From a bacterium (GTDB lineage Bacteria; SAR324; JACQKK01): 64,000 nucleotides of DNA. Below are positions 49,255 through 58,872 of the stretch, piece by piece. Position 1 is the first letter of the stretch; each line of letters starts with the position of its first letter. The stretch spans positions 416,001 through 480,000 of the forward strand of contig OZ251219.1 of NCBI GenBank assembly GCA_965240465.1. The letters run 5' to 3'. Position numbers and translations under genes: made by a program. Under the pieces are notes generated by a model. That model was not told where the DNA came from. It saw only the letters and a list, made by a program, of their open reading frames with translations, and searched no databases.

Positions 49255-50634
49255 TTACTTGCCGATGCAAAATCTAGCAAAGATTTTGTCTAGGATATCA
49301 TCGGTGGTGGTGCTACCGACTATGTCGCTGAGGTCTTGGAGTGCTTGGTTGATGTCTTCGGCGAGCCAGGCTTGGTGTTGGGGTTGGGTGATGGTTTGCA
49401 AGGCTTGATTGATATTTTTAAGGGCTTTTTGGGCTGATTGGAGTTGTCGGGCATTGGTGATCAGGGCGTGTTCGTAGTGGGGTTTGGTTTCGCTGAGGGC
49501 TAGTTGTTGGAGTTTTTGTTGGAGTTGTGTAAGTCCGTCGCGGTGGAGAGCAGAGATGTTAATGCAGTTCCAGTTTTCAAGCTGTGTTTGCCAGAGGGGA
49601 TTTGGAGTGAGGTCTTTTTTATTGATGACGATCAGGGTTTGGGCGGGGTTGAGATCTTTGAGCAGTTTTTGGCTGTGGGAGGGGATTTTGGTAGATCCAT
49701 CCAGTACTAGTAGGGTGATGTCCGCCAGTTGGATGGCTTGGTGGGTACGTTTTATGCCTGCTTGTTCAATTTGGTTTTTGGCATTGCGGAGTCCGGCGGT
49801 ATCGGTGAGGGTGAATGCCAGTCCTGCGATTATGATTGTTCCTTCAATGGTATCTCTGGTGGTGCCTGGTTGCTGAGTAACAATGGCACGTTCTTCAGCG
49901 AGGAACAGGTTGAGCAAGCTGGACTTACCCACATTGGTAGCTCCGACAATGGCTACGGTTAAGCCTTGGAGCATCATTCGCCCTTTGGGAGCATCTTTGA
50001 CCATGGTTAGTAAATTTGTTTGGGCTTGCTGCAAACGTTGCTGGATTTCTTTCTTGCTGGAGAAATTGACATCGGACTCATCAGAGAAATCAATGCTGGC
50101 AGCCAGATAAGCAGCCGCTTCTTGCAATAGTTCCTTCAGGGCTTGGATGCTCTGCTGCAGTCGTCCGCGTAGCTGGTTGATAGAGACGTCCAAGGCTTGA
50201 GGAGAGCGAGCCGTGATCAGCTCCCCTACCGCTTCTGCTTGGGTGAGATCCAATATACCATTGACAAAGGCACGTCTAGTGAACTCCCCTGGCTGTGCCA
50301 ATCTGGCACCAGCCTCCAAGAGGGCTTCCAGCACCAATTGCAGCAGTAATGGCCCTCCATGACAATGCAATTCCACCACTTCCTCACCCGTATAAGAGCG
50401 GGGAGCAGGCATCACAACAGCTAGGGCTTGGTCTAGCATCTTTCCCCGATGCCGTAAATATCCCAATCCCAAGTGACGCTCCTTGAAGCTACTCAAGGGT
50501 TTATCATTCTTAGCAATAAACAACTGCTGAGCAATAGCTACCGCTTCATTCCCACTCAGGCGTACGATCCCCACTGCACCCATTCCAGTAGCAGTAGCAA
50601 TGGCTACAATAGTATCCTGGCTGGTGAGTTGCAT
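49255..50634 (-). CDS. mnmE: tRNA modification GTPase MnmE
   Basis: DTIVAIAT, SYTGE, GEFTRRAF, NVGKSSL, PGTTRD, DTAG, NKKD, C-terminal FCIGK. Confidence 0.97.
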   Translation of the reverse strand: MQLTSQDTIVAIATATGMGAVGIVRLSGNEAVAIAQQLFIAKNDKPLSSFKERHLGLGYLRHRGKMLDQALAVVMPAPRSYTGEEVVELHCHGGPLLLQLVLEALLEAGARLAQPGEFTRRAFVNGILDLTQAEAVGELITARSPQALDVSINQLRGRLQQSIQALKELLQEAAAYLAASIDFSDESDVNFSSKKEIQQRLQQAQTNLLTMVKDAPKGRMMLQGLTVAIVGATNVGKSSLLNLFLAEERAIVTQQPGTTRDTIEGTIIIAGLAFTLTDTAGLRNAKNQIEQAGIKRTHQAIQLADITLLVLDGSTKIPSHSQKLLKDLNPAQTLIVINKKDLTPNPLWQTQLENWNCINISALHRDGLTQLQQKLQQLALSETKPHYEHALITNARQLQSAQKALKNINQALQTITQPQHQAWLAEDINQALQDLSDIVGSTTTDDILDKIFARFCIGK

Positions 50635-50732
50635 ACCATCCTACCTTATGAGCAACTTATAGGGTGCTCGGCTTTGACCAGTTCAGGTCAGACTTGCTCT
50701 ATTATTTCCTTTAATGGATTTTTTCACTACCT

Positions 50733-50836
50733 TTCTTCTTTATGCATTCTTCTTTATGTGTCCTTCTTCGTGTGTTCTTCTTTATGTTGTCTCACTAGTA
50801 CTTTCTTATCTGCACATTCTTCTTTATGTTGTCTCA
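50733..50836. repeat. 14-nt degenerate intergenic repeat
   Basis: TTCTTCTTTATG.. x4, plus a second TTCTTCTTTATGTTGTCTCA copy. Confidence 0.8.
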
Positions 50837-50897
50837 TAGATGATCAATTCAACCAAGTACCTGCCAGAATATCCTAAACCACTCAATAGACATCGCC

Positions 50898-52445
50898 ATG
50901 AACCTCCAAGCAACTAAAAAAGACCCGCCCCAGATCCAAGGATTAACCGTCCTCAACAATATACAACCACATCTGTTGGTAATTTTCGGTGCCTCTGGTG
51001 ATTTAACCAAACGCAAGTTGATTCCAGCTCTTTATAGTTTGCACTGCAAGAAGCTATTGCCCGAGAAGTTTGCTGTGTTAGGGGCCTCTCGCTCACCTTT
51101 ATCTAGGGAAGAATTTATTCAGTCCGTGCGTACAGAGTGTCAAACGTCCCTTGATTCACCTTCTTTTACTGGCGAGGAGTGGAATTCATTTGCCCGCCGG
51201 TTGGAATATCAATGCCTGCAATACGAGGAATTCGCTAGCTATCAAGAATTGGCTACCACCATCAAGCAATTGGACCAGCGTTACGATTTGCAGTGCAATC
51301 GGTTATTTTATCTAGCTACCCCGCCTTCTGTATTTCCCAAAGTGGTGGCACAGCTGGAGCAATCATCTTTGATCAGTCGGGTTGCCGAGCCTTGGTTTCG
51401 CTTAATTGTGGAAAAGCCATTTGGGAGAGACTTAGCTTCGGCACACCAGCTAAACAACATTTTGCTAAGTACTCTGTCTGAGTCGCAGATTTATCGTATT
51501 GATCATTATTTGGGAAAAGAAACAGTCCAGAATTTGCTTAGTTTTAGGTTTGCCAATGGGATATTTGAACCGCTTTGGAATCATCGTTATGTAGATTGCG
51601 TGCAGATTACCTCAGCTGAAACAGTAGGGATGGAAGGACGCGGTCGTTATTTTGAGGAAGCTGGCATTTTGCGTGACATGGTACAGAACCATTTATTTCA
51701 GGTACTATGTTTATTTGGCATGGAGCCTCCTGCCTCACTGGAGGCGGATGCGATTCGGGATGAGAAGGTGAAGTTATTGCGTTGTTTGCGTCCTATTCCA
51801 GAGGAGAAAATGGATGACCATGTCGTGCGGGCTCAGTATTCCAAAGGGAATATCGGGGGAGGGTCTGTCTGCGGCTATTTGGAAGAAGCCGATGTCCGTC
51901 CTGATTCTACCACCGAGACATACATAGCCATGTGCTTGTATGCCGATAATTGGCGTTGGAGTAAGGTTCCCTTTTTGCTAAGAGCTGCCAAACGCATGCC
52001 GTTCAAATTCACCGAGATTAACATTCATTTTCGTCAGGTTCCTCACTGGCTATTTAGTCAGACTAGCTTACCCCCCAACCAGCTTAACATCCATATCCAG
52101 CCTAATGAGGGAATTTCCCTTCAATTCGGCTGTAAGAAACCCGGCTCGCAGCTGCACATTTCACCTGTTAAAATGGAGTTTAATTATGGCTCCTCCTTTG
52201 GCGGAAATACTCCCGAAGCCTATGAAAGACTCATCCAAGACGCCATGCTTGGCGATAGTACCCTCTTCATCCGCAACGATGAAAATGAAGCCGCTTGGTC
52301 TTTCATAAGCCGTATCCATCAGGCTTGGCAGCAGCAGCAATGCCGCCGACTACCCACCTATGCCGCGGGAGATTGGGGACCTAAGGAAGCCGAGCAACTA
52401 GCCGCCCGCCATAAAATTAACTGGGAAAAGTACTCCCGCGGTTGA
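50898..52445 (+). CDS. zwf: Glucose-6-phosphate 1-dehydrogenase
   Basis: GASGDL..RKL.PAL, EKPFG, YRIDHYLGKE, RDMVQNH. Confidence 0.97.
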   Translation: MNLQATKKDPPQIQGLTVLNNIQPHLLVIFGASGDLTKRKLIPALYSLHCKKLLPEKFAVLGASRSPLSREEFIQSVRTECQTSLDSPSFTGEEWNSFARRLEYQCLQYEEFASYQELATTIKQLDQRYDLQCNRLFYLATPPSVFPKVVAQLEQSSLISRVAEPWFRLIVEKPFGRDLASAHQLNNILLSTLSESQIYRIDHYLGKETVQNLLSFRFANGIFEPLWNHRYVDCVQITSAETVGMEGRGRYFEEAGILRDMVQNHLFQVLCLFGMEPPASLEADAIRDEKVKLLRCLRPIPEEKMDDHVVRAQYSKGNIGGGSVCGYLEEADVRPDSTTETYIAMCLYADNWRWSKVPFLLRAAKRMPFKFTEINIHFRQVPHWLFSQTSLPPNQLNIHIQPNEGISLQFGCKKPGSQLHISPVKMEFNYGSSFGGNTPEAYERLIQDAMLGDSTLFIRNDENEAAWSFISRIHQAWQQQQCRRLPTYAAGDWGPKEAEQLAARHKINWEKYSRG

Positions 52446-52483
52446 TGGCAGTCTGGCTTAAAGATCTAAGTCTCAGATATTTT

Positions 52484-52706
52484 CCTAACCGAGTTACTGC
52501 CTAACTGATTTGCTACCTACCCGAGTTACTGCCTACCCGAATTACTACCTACCCGAGTTACTGCCTACCCGAATTACTGCCTAACTGATTTGCTACCTAC
52601 CCGAGTTACTGCCTACCCGAATTACTGCCTAACTGATTTGCTACCTACCCGAGTTACCACCTACCCGAGTTACCTACCCGAATTACTACCTACCCGAATT
52701 ACTGCC
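52484..52706. repeat. 16-nt x14 intergenic repeat with 48-nt higher-order structure
   Basis: CCTACCCGA(G/A)TTACT(G/A) units interleaved with CCTAACTGATTTGCTA. Confidence 0.95.
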
Positions 52707-52750
52707 CCACCAAGATACCGCCCTGCTGGGCTTAGCAATTATTTATAGGC

Positions 52751-53482
52751 ATGCCCCCCATGGATATTTCGCCTGCTCCCACACTGCATGTTAATTCCCA
52801 AGCTTCCACCCTGATAGCCCAATGTGCGGCTCTGCTGGACCAGATTGCCCAAGAGGCTATTCAGCAACGCGGTCGTTGTACCATTTCTCTTTGCGGTGGG
52901 AGTAGTCCTCAGCCTCTTTTTTCTTATTGGGCGCGTTCTAGTGGTATTTCTTGGTCGCAGGTATGGCTGTTTTGGGGAGATGAACGCTGTGTACCTCCTA
53001 ATGAACCCGAATCCAATTATCGCCTAGTAGCAGAACACTTGCTAGCCAATCTTTCTGGCACCAAAAGACCACAGATTTTCCGCATTCATGGCGAAAGACC
53101 CACTCCCTCAGTCGCAGCTACTTACTACCACAAACTGCTCCTAAAACTGCTCGGTCGCCAAGGACAACTAGACCTTGCCCTACTAGGCATTGGAACTGAT
53201 GGACATACCGCTTCAATTTTTCCTCAGCAAGCATCAATCATCAACGAACAAAAACTTTGGTGTAAAGCCACTCCTCATCCCACTAGCTTCATCCCTCGCA
53301 TTACCCTCACCTACCCTCCCCTGACCCAAGCTAGAAATCGCATCTTCTTTGTTCCCGACCAAAAAAAATCACCCATCCTAAAACAAATGCTCTCCCAGAA
53401 ACTCCAACCCCTTAAATGGCCCGCTCAGACCCTCTTATTGCTTCCCAATACCCACCTATTTGCATATCCACTCGGAAGCTGA
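52751..53482 (+). CDS. pgl: 6-phosphogluconolactonase
   Basis: LCGGSSP, FWGDERCVP, ESNY, LLGIG.DGHTAS, RITLT; follows zwf. Confidence 0.92.
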   Translation: MPPMDISPAPTLHVNSQASTLIAQCAALLDQIAQEAIQQRGRCTISLCGGSSPQPLFSYWARSSGISWSQVWLFWGDERCVPPNEPESNYRLVAEHLLANLSGTKRPQIFRIHGERPTPSVAATYYHKLLLKLLGRQGQLDLALLGIGTDGHTASIFPQQASIINEQKLWCKATPHPTSFIPRITLTYPPLTQARNRIFFVPDQKKSPILKQMLSQKLQPLKWPAQTLLLLPNTHLFAYPLGS

Positions 53483-53546
53483 ATAAATATCGCCCGACCG
53501 ACTGTCCTTACAAACCTCCTGTAGCTCCTCTGTTTTCCTCCAGAAA

Positions 53547-53951
53547 TTAAGGACAAAACTTGTTCCAGATGGAATAAATTTGCTGGGTTAGTGTTTTTGG
53601 ATCAAATGGTTTGCTGATCACCGCTTGGACACCCAGTTTTTGCAGTTTTTCTACTTCATCATGCTGAGTTTTGGCAGTGATGAAAACGATTGGCAAATCT
53701 TTGCAAGCTGGTTTTTTGCGTAGCTCTTTAAGGGTGGTTGGGCCATCCATACCGGGCATCATTACATCTAGCAATATCATTTGAGGCTTGAGTTCTTCCA
53801 CCGCTTGCAGGGCTTCTTTTCCGCTGGCATAGGCTTTTATTTGGAAGCCCCCCAATTTTTCCAATACTTGGCAGACTACAAAGCGAATGTCTGGATCATC
53901 TTCTACCAGCATTAATCTTTCTAGGAGTAACACTTCCTTTTTCATGGTCAT
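53547..53951 (-). CDS. Single-domain response regulator
   Basis: VEDD, LLDVMMPGMDG, FITA, KPF; start chosen after GAGG. Confidence 0.92.
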   Translation of the reverse strand: MTMKKEVLLLERLMLVEDDPDIRFVVCQVLEKLGGFQIKAYASGKEALQAVEELKPQMILLDVMMPGMDGPTTLKELRKKPACKDLPIVFITAKTQHDEVEKLQKLGVQAVISKPFDPKTLTQQIYSIWNKFCP

Positions 53952-53985
53952 TTTGCCTCTATTTTGAGCTGTCTTTTTACGGAAA

Positions 53986-55626
53986 TTAGTTTTCAATATG
54001 GAGCATATTCACCGTAGGAACGTAATTGGATAAAGATTCCGTGGAGATGACTTGGTGCTTATTTTTCTTGGTGCGATCAGGTGGATCACCTGAAACCAAG
54101 GGTAAGTGGAAGTAAAATTCTGCCCCTCCCCCTTGGCGAGACTTAAAATGTATCCCGCCGCCGCTATGCTCAATAATTTGCTTGGAGATACTTAATCCTA
54201 GCCCGCTACCCCCCTTATGCTGAACATTTTCCATTTGAAAGAAAGGAATAAATACTTGGTTGGAATTTTTCGCTGGAATGCCAGGCCCGCGATCACAAAC
54301 TCGTACGGAGACGTATTCTGTTTCTGTCTTAAGATAGATATCAACGGTTTTTCCGCGGGGTGAAAATTTGGTGGCATTGGATATTAAATTAGTCAGCACC
54401 TGCAAGATACGGTCAGCATCGGCATATATTAAGCAGGGCTGCTTATGGGAGCGGCGAATTTGCAACTTAACTTGGAATTTTTCTCCATAGGCACGCATTT
54501 CTTCTGTGGCTCTATCCAGCAGGGCTACGAGGTCTACATTACTTTTGTGAAATTGCATGTGACCACTTTGTAGCCGTGAAGTATCCAATATATCGTCGGT
54601 GAGGCGAATTAAACGCTCGCAATTTTGGTGGGCGATCCGCAGTAGTTCTTGAGATCCATCATCGAAATTACTACTGGCTGATTCCACCAGCAAGCCTAAG
54701 GATCCCGCGATGGAGGTCAAGGGAGTACGTAGCTCGTGGCTAACCATGGAAACAAAATGACGTACCATTTGCTCCATACGCTTGCGTTCACTGATGTCTC
54801 TGAGAGCCATTACTACTACTGGACGTCCCTCATATTCTTGGAAGCGAGTGAGTACCTCTACTGGGATCAGATCGCCATTTTTACGTTTTAAGCAGCCTTG
54901 ATAGTGTTTATCTTTTAGTTCGGTCAGATCTCCCATTAATTTTGTGCCTGTTTCCCCATAGCCTTCGGGAAATAAGAAAGAACTCAATTTCACGCCCATC
55001 ATTTCTTCCACCGGATAATTCATGAGCTGCCCAAAGGCTTCATTGGCCGCGATTAAGCGTCGGTCGGACAACACCACCAAGCCTTCAAATGTGGCTTCAA
55101 ACAGGTCTCGGTAGCGGGTTTCACTTTCCTGAAGACACTTTTCTGCTTGATGTCGCTTAGTAATATCCTCAGCGTAGGTCAGCAAGCCTTGTAACTGCCC
55201 ACTAGGCTTAAACAGCGGCAATTTGACCAGCTTAAATATTTTTTTGTTATTAGGTTCGCCAAATTCTATTTCATGTTCCAGCTTTTTCCCGCTTTTGAGC
55301 CTTCGCCGTTCATTAGCACTAATGTCGGCGAAATGAATTCCAAACCGCTTTTGGATTTCCCTCAAATTTAGATGTTTAATGTCTTGTCCCGAAGCCCCTA
55401 GTGCTTTCAGAAATTGCATGTTGAGAACTTGAAGTTCGTGTTGAGCATTCTCCAGGTAGATCCAAAATGGTAAATTATCAACCACGGTCTGCAACAATTG
55501 CTGCTGAGCCTGTATTTTTTGCTCAGTCTTTTTGCGATGTATTTTATAATTTTTATCCCACGTAAATTTAATAAATCTTATACCAAACATCAGCTTGCGG
55601 CACTTTATCGGCTTTCTCAGCTTCAC
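53986..55626 (-). CDS. Cytoplasmic PAS-domain sensor histidine kinase
   Basis: Two PAS domains (EDITKR, RDISERK); H-box SHELRTPLTSI; NLISNA.KF, D.GPGI and GSGLGL boxes. Start uncertain (alternative ATG 55590). Confidence 0.92.
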   Translation of the reverse strand: MKLRKPIKCRKLMFGIRFIKFTWDKNYKIHRKKTEQKIQAQQQLLQTVVDNLPFWIYLENAQHELQVLNMQFLKALGASGQDIKHLNLREIQKRFGIHFADISANERRRLKSGKKLEHEIEFGEPNNKKIFKLVKLPLFKPSGQLQGLLTYAEDITKRHQAEKCLQESETRYRDLFEATFEGLVVLSDRRLIAANEAFGQLMNYPVEEMMGVKLSSFLFPEGYGETGTKLMGDLTELKDKHYQGCLKRKNGDLIPVEVLTRFQEYEGRPVVVMALRDISERKRMEQMVRHFVSMVSHELRTPLTSIAGSLGLLVESASSNFDDGSQELLRIAHQNCERLIRLTDDILDTSRLQSGHMQFHKSNVDLVALLDRATEEMRAYGEKFQVKLQIRRSHKQPCLIYADADRILQVLTNLISNATKFSPRGKTVDIYLKTETEYVSVRVCDRGPGIPAKNSNQVFIPFFQMENVQHKGGSGLGLSISKQIIEHSGGGIHFKSRQGGGAEFYFHLPLVSGDPPDRTKKNKHQVISTESLSNYVPTVNMLHIEN

Positions 55627-55693
55627 AATTTTAGCTAACCAAAACTAGTCAACTTTGGAGCAAGTCACCCCTCAGCACACACTTTAACAAGCA

Positions 55694-55779
55694 ATTGTGA
55701 GATAAATGTGAAGATATTGTGAGAGAAATGTGAAGATATTGTGAGAGAAATGCGAAGATATTGTGAGAGAAATGCGAAG
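55694..55779. repeat. 22-nt x4 intergenic repeat
   Basis: ATTGTGAGA(T/G)AAATG(T/C)GAAGAT x4. Confidence 0.94.
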
Positions 55780-55874
55780 TCACCTAAGCTAAAAAGCGGG
55801 GATCTACCAAAATTTAAGGTGCTTTCCTCTGATGTTGCTCATATCCAGCTAAGCATCCGACCTTTATTGACTGA

Positions 55875-55948
55875 TCGGGACGAGAGGATTTGAACCTCCG
55901 ACCTCACCCACCCCAAGGGTGCGCGCTACCAGGCTGCGCCACGCCCCG
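55875..55948 (-). tRNA. tRNA-Pro(GGG)
   Basis: Reverse complement cloverleaf: CGGGGCG acceptor, CACCC-TTGGGGT-GGGTG anticodon arm, GGTTCAAATCC T-arm. CCA is not encoded. Confidence 0.95.
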
Positions 55949-56293
55949 CTCAGTACTTCTACTATTTCTTTTTCTTTATTGCACTCTATCTATTTTGTTT
56001 GCATCTATTTTATTTGCCTTTATTTTGTTTGCTCCCTTTTATCTGTTTGACATTTTCTGCTTCCTGTGTTCTCTGGTTAATAAAGTCAGGGCTACTTTGC
56101 AGATTAGTATTTTAGAGTGTCATCAGCAAGCACTCCCGCACAGTAGCCGAACCTAGGGGGCAGTTTTCATCATTTTATCTGGCAGTTTTCCTTTAGTTCC
56201 ATGGCAACCAATTACTTGTCAAGACTTTGTTCACGTCATATATTCAATTTAGACCTGGTGATACTGGCTTAAATATCCCTATTAAGAGTCCCT

Positions 56294-57289
56294 ATGAAGA
56301 ATCTGCGTACCCTTTCTGGTATTAAGCCTAGCGGGACCGTGCACCTGGGTAATTACCTGGGCATGATTAAACCCGCTTTAGCTATGTATGAGGATTATCA
56401 GACTTATTATTTCATTGCCGATTACCATGCCCTTACTACTGTTCGTGATGCTAAGGCACTTAAAAATGACTCCCTGCAGATAGCCGCCATATTTGCAGCT
56501 TCGGGCATGGATTTTGAGCGGGATGTATTTTTTCGTCAATCTGATGTTCCCGAGGTCACCGAGCTAGCGTGGTTGCTTAGTTGCATCACTCCCCAAGGAT
56601 TGCTGGAAAGGGCTCATGCTTACAAGGATGCCATTGCCAAAGGAGGTAGGGATTTTCTAGTCAGCGGAGTATTTTTTTATCCTGTTCTGATGGCAGCAGA
56701 TATTTTAATTTATGATGCCCATAAAGTTCCAGTGGGCAAAGATCAACAGCAGCACCTAGAGATGGCCAGAGACATTGCCCGGGGTTTTAATCATAACTTT
56801 GGAGAAACTTTTATCATTCCCCAAGCACACATTATCTCTGAGGTAGCCACCATTTTGGGCATTGATGGTCAGAAAATGAGCAAGTCCCATAATAATGAAC
56901 TGCCTTTATTCTCTTCTGAGGAAGAATTAAAAAAGCGGGTGTTCCAAATTAAGACCGACTCAGCTGCTTTGGAAGATAAGAAAGATCCGGATACCTGTCT
57001 AGTGTTCCAAATTTTCAAACACTTCGCTTCCCCCGAAGAACAAACCCACTGGAAAGCTCGCTATCGTGAAGGAAACATGGGCTATGGCGAGATCAAACAA
57101 GCTACCTTTGAAGCCATTAACAACTCCCTAAGCCAAAAGCGTAAAAAGTACTTCGCCTTATTGGAAGATCCTCAGCAATTAGAAACCATCTTAGCTAAAG
57201 GAGCTACCAAAGCACGTGCCACCGCCCAGCAAGTCATTGCTCGGGCCCGAAAAGCAATGGGACTCCCTCCCAAACCTGCTTCCTCTTAG
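56294..57289 (+). CDS. trpS: Tryptophan--tRNA ligase
   Basis: SGIKPSG..HLGNY, YPVLMAADIL, VPVGKDQ.QH.E, KMSKS. Confidence 0.97.
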   Translation: MKNLRTLSGIKPSGTVHLGNYLGMIKPALAMYEDYQTYYFIADYHALTTVRDAKALKNDSLQIAAIFAASGMDFERDVFFRQSDVPEVTELAWLLSCITPQGLLERAHAYKDAIAKGGRDFLVSGVFFYPVLMAADILIYDAHKVPVGKDQQQHLEMARDIARGFNHNFGETFIIPQAHIISEVATILGIDGQKMSKSHNNELPLFSSEEELKKRVFQIKTDSAALEDKKDPDTCLVFQIFKHFASPEEQTHWKARYREGNMGYGEIKQATFEAINNSLSQKRKKYFALLEDPQQLETILAKGATKARATAQQVIARARKAMGLPPKPASS

Positions 57290-57292
57290 CCT

Positions 57293-58246
57293 ATGAGTCG
57301 CTATCCACCCCTGGACCTGAGCGATGTCAAACGCTTCCCTTTTGAGGAGCTACCCACCAAAGTAGATACCAGCATGTTGGGTAAATGCACCCTAGGTGAA
57401 AGCAGCTTTGCTGCTTTTTTCCACGGATTGCCAAACATACTCGCTGCCAGCCAACTGAAAACCGCCGTCCATCTAACTGCCGAAGCCATCTCTAAGAAAC
57501 GCTTGGTACTGGTAATGATGGGTGCCCATCTGGTGAAAACGGGACTTTCACCCCTGTTCTCAGAATTGCTCCGTCATAAGGCAATCGGTTGCCTCAGCAT
57601 GAACGGAGCAGGTGTTATCCACGATTTTGAACTAGCAATGTTCGGACGTACCTCAGAAAATGTGTCTGACAATCTAGACCAAGGACGCTTCGGATACGTG
57701 CAAGAAACCAGTGCCTGGATACACGAAGCGATTAAGCTCGGAGCTCAAAAAGGCTGGGGTTATGGAGAATCAGTCGCTCGCAAAATAGAAAGCCTAAAAC
57801 CTTCCCACCCCGAACTAAGCCTGGTCCTGAACGCTTGGCAAAACGGCATCCCCCTGACAGTTCATCCTGCCATCGGCACCGAAACCCCCCACCAACACCC
57901 CGAAACAGATGGAGCTGCCATTGGTCAAACCAGTTATCTGGACTTTCGTATTCTCTGCCAGCAACTCACTAAGCTGGAAGGAGGAGTATCTCTGCTATTT
58001 GGCTCTGCGGTTATTATGCCTGAGATCTTCTTAAAAGCTCTCACGGTAGTGCGAAACCTCGGACATCGGTCTCACCGCTTTCTAGCCGTAAATTTTGATA
58101 TGCTCAAGCATTATCGCTCACAAGAAAACGTGGTCCTAAGACCTACCCAAGCTGGCGGACAAGGCTACACCATCCTAGGTCACCACGAAATAATGATACC
58201 CTTGTTCTGGCAAGCGGTATTTCTGCTCCTCAAAGAAAAGGCTTAA
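57293..58246 (+). CDS. Conserved protein, deoxyhypusine-synthase-like fold (function unknown)
   Basis: MGAH.VK.GLS, NGAG.IHD.E.A, GSAVIMPE.FLKAL and GHHEIM.P motifs, recognised from memory. Confidence 0.6.
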   Translation: MSRYPPLDLSDVKRFPFEELPTKVDTSMLGKCTLGESSFAAFFHGLPNILAASQLKTAVHLTAEAISKKRLVLVMMGAHLVKTGLSPLFSELLRHKAIGCLSMNGAGVIHDFELAMFGRTSENVSDNLDQGRFGYVQETSAWIHEAIKLGAQKGWGYGESVARKIESLKPSHPELSLVLNAWQNGIPLTVHPAIGTETPHQHPETDGAAIGQTSYLDFRILCQQLTKLEGGVSLLFGSAVIMPEIFLKALTVVRNLGHRSHRFLAVNFDMLKHYRSQENVVLRPTQAGGQGYTILGHHEIMIPLFWQAVFLLLKEKA

Positions 58247-58422
58247 AAACTCACGGCTGAATTAAAAAATTTGCCCTTTCATTTTATTCCTTAATTTCAT
58301 GTTATTGCATTGTTATCATTATAATAGTATATAGGGGGTGAAGAGTTATTTTCGCTTATCTTGTACCTGAAATTATCTGATGTGATTTTTATGCAATTAT
58401 TTCTTATGCAAAGGGATTAACC

Positions 58423-58716
58423 GTGAACAAATCTCAGCTTACGGCACAGTTGTCACGCAAGCACAATCGGAAGATCATCAGTCAGTCAGTCAATTTGTTT
58501 TTTGAGAACATCAAGTCGGCTCTAAAGAACGGAGAGAGAGTAGAGATACGGGGATTTGGGGTGTTCTATTTGAAGTCCTATGGTTCTTACCTAGGACGCA
58601 ACCCTAAGACTGGTGAATCTGTGATGGTGGCCCCTAAGAGATTGCCTATCTTTAAGCCGGGAAAAGACATGCGTTCCCGAGCAGATGGCTCTAACGGTCT
58701 TCAAAAGAATTCTTAA
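58423..58716 (+). CDS. ihfB: Integration host factor subunit beta / HU family
   Basis: MNKS.L, RVEIRGFG.F, GRNPKTGE, FKPGK. Confidence 0.88.
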   Translation: MNKSQLTAQLSRKHNRKIISQSVNLFFENIKSALKNGERVEIRGFGVFYLKSYGSYLGRNPKTGESVMVAPKRLPIFKPGKDMRSRADGSNGLQKNS

Positions 58717-58734
58717 TGCCGTCCCTGCTACGTT

Positions 58735-58802
58735 CCGATTGCTGGGGGTTGCCGATTGCTGGGGATTGTCAATTATTGGGACTTGCTAATTGCTGGGGAT
58801 TG
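58735..58802. repeat. 17-nt x4 degenerate intergenic repeat
   Basis: CCGATTGCTGGGG(G/A)TTG and variants. Confidence 0.85.
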
Positions 58803-58872
58803 CAATCCCTACCTAAAAGATAGACTGATAAAATAAATCATTCATTCAAGTTCACAGTTGGTATTTTTTGCT

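Noticed and set aside
52484-52706. Possible CRISPR arrays (also 31774, 55694, 61981)
   Set aside because: Units are directly adjacent with no unique spacers, are shorter than typical CRISPR repeats, and no cas genes are present.
55694-55779. Plasmid iterons or an integrated replicon next to tRNA-Pro
   Set aside because: No rep or integrase gene and no duplicated tRNA 3' end were seen; the flanks are ordinary chromosomal genes.
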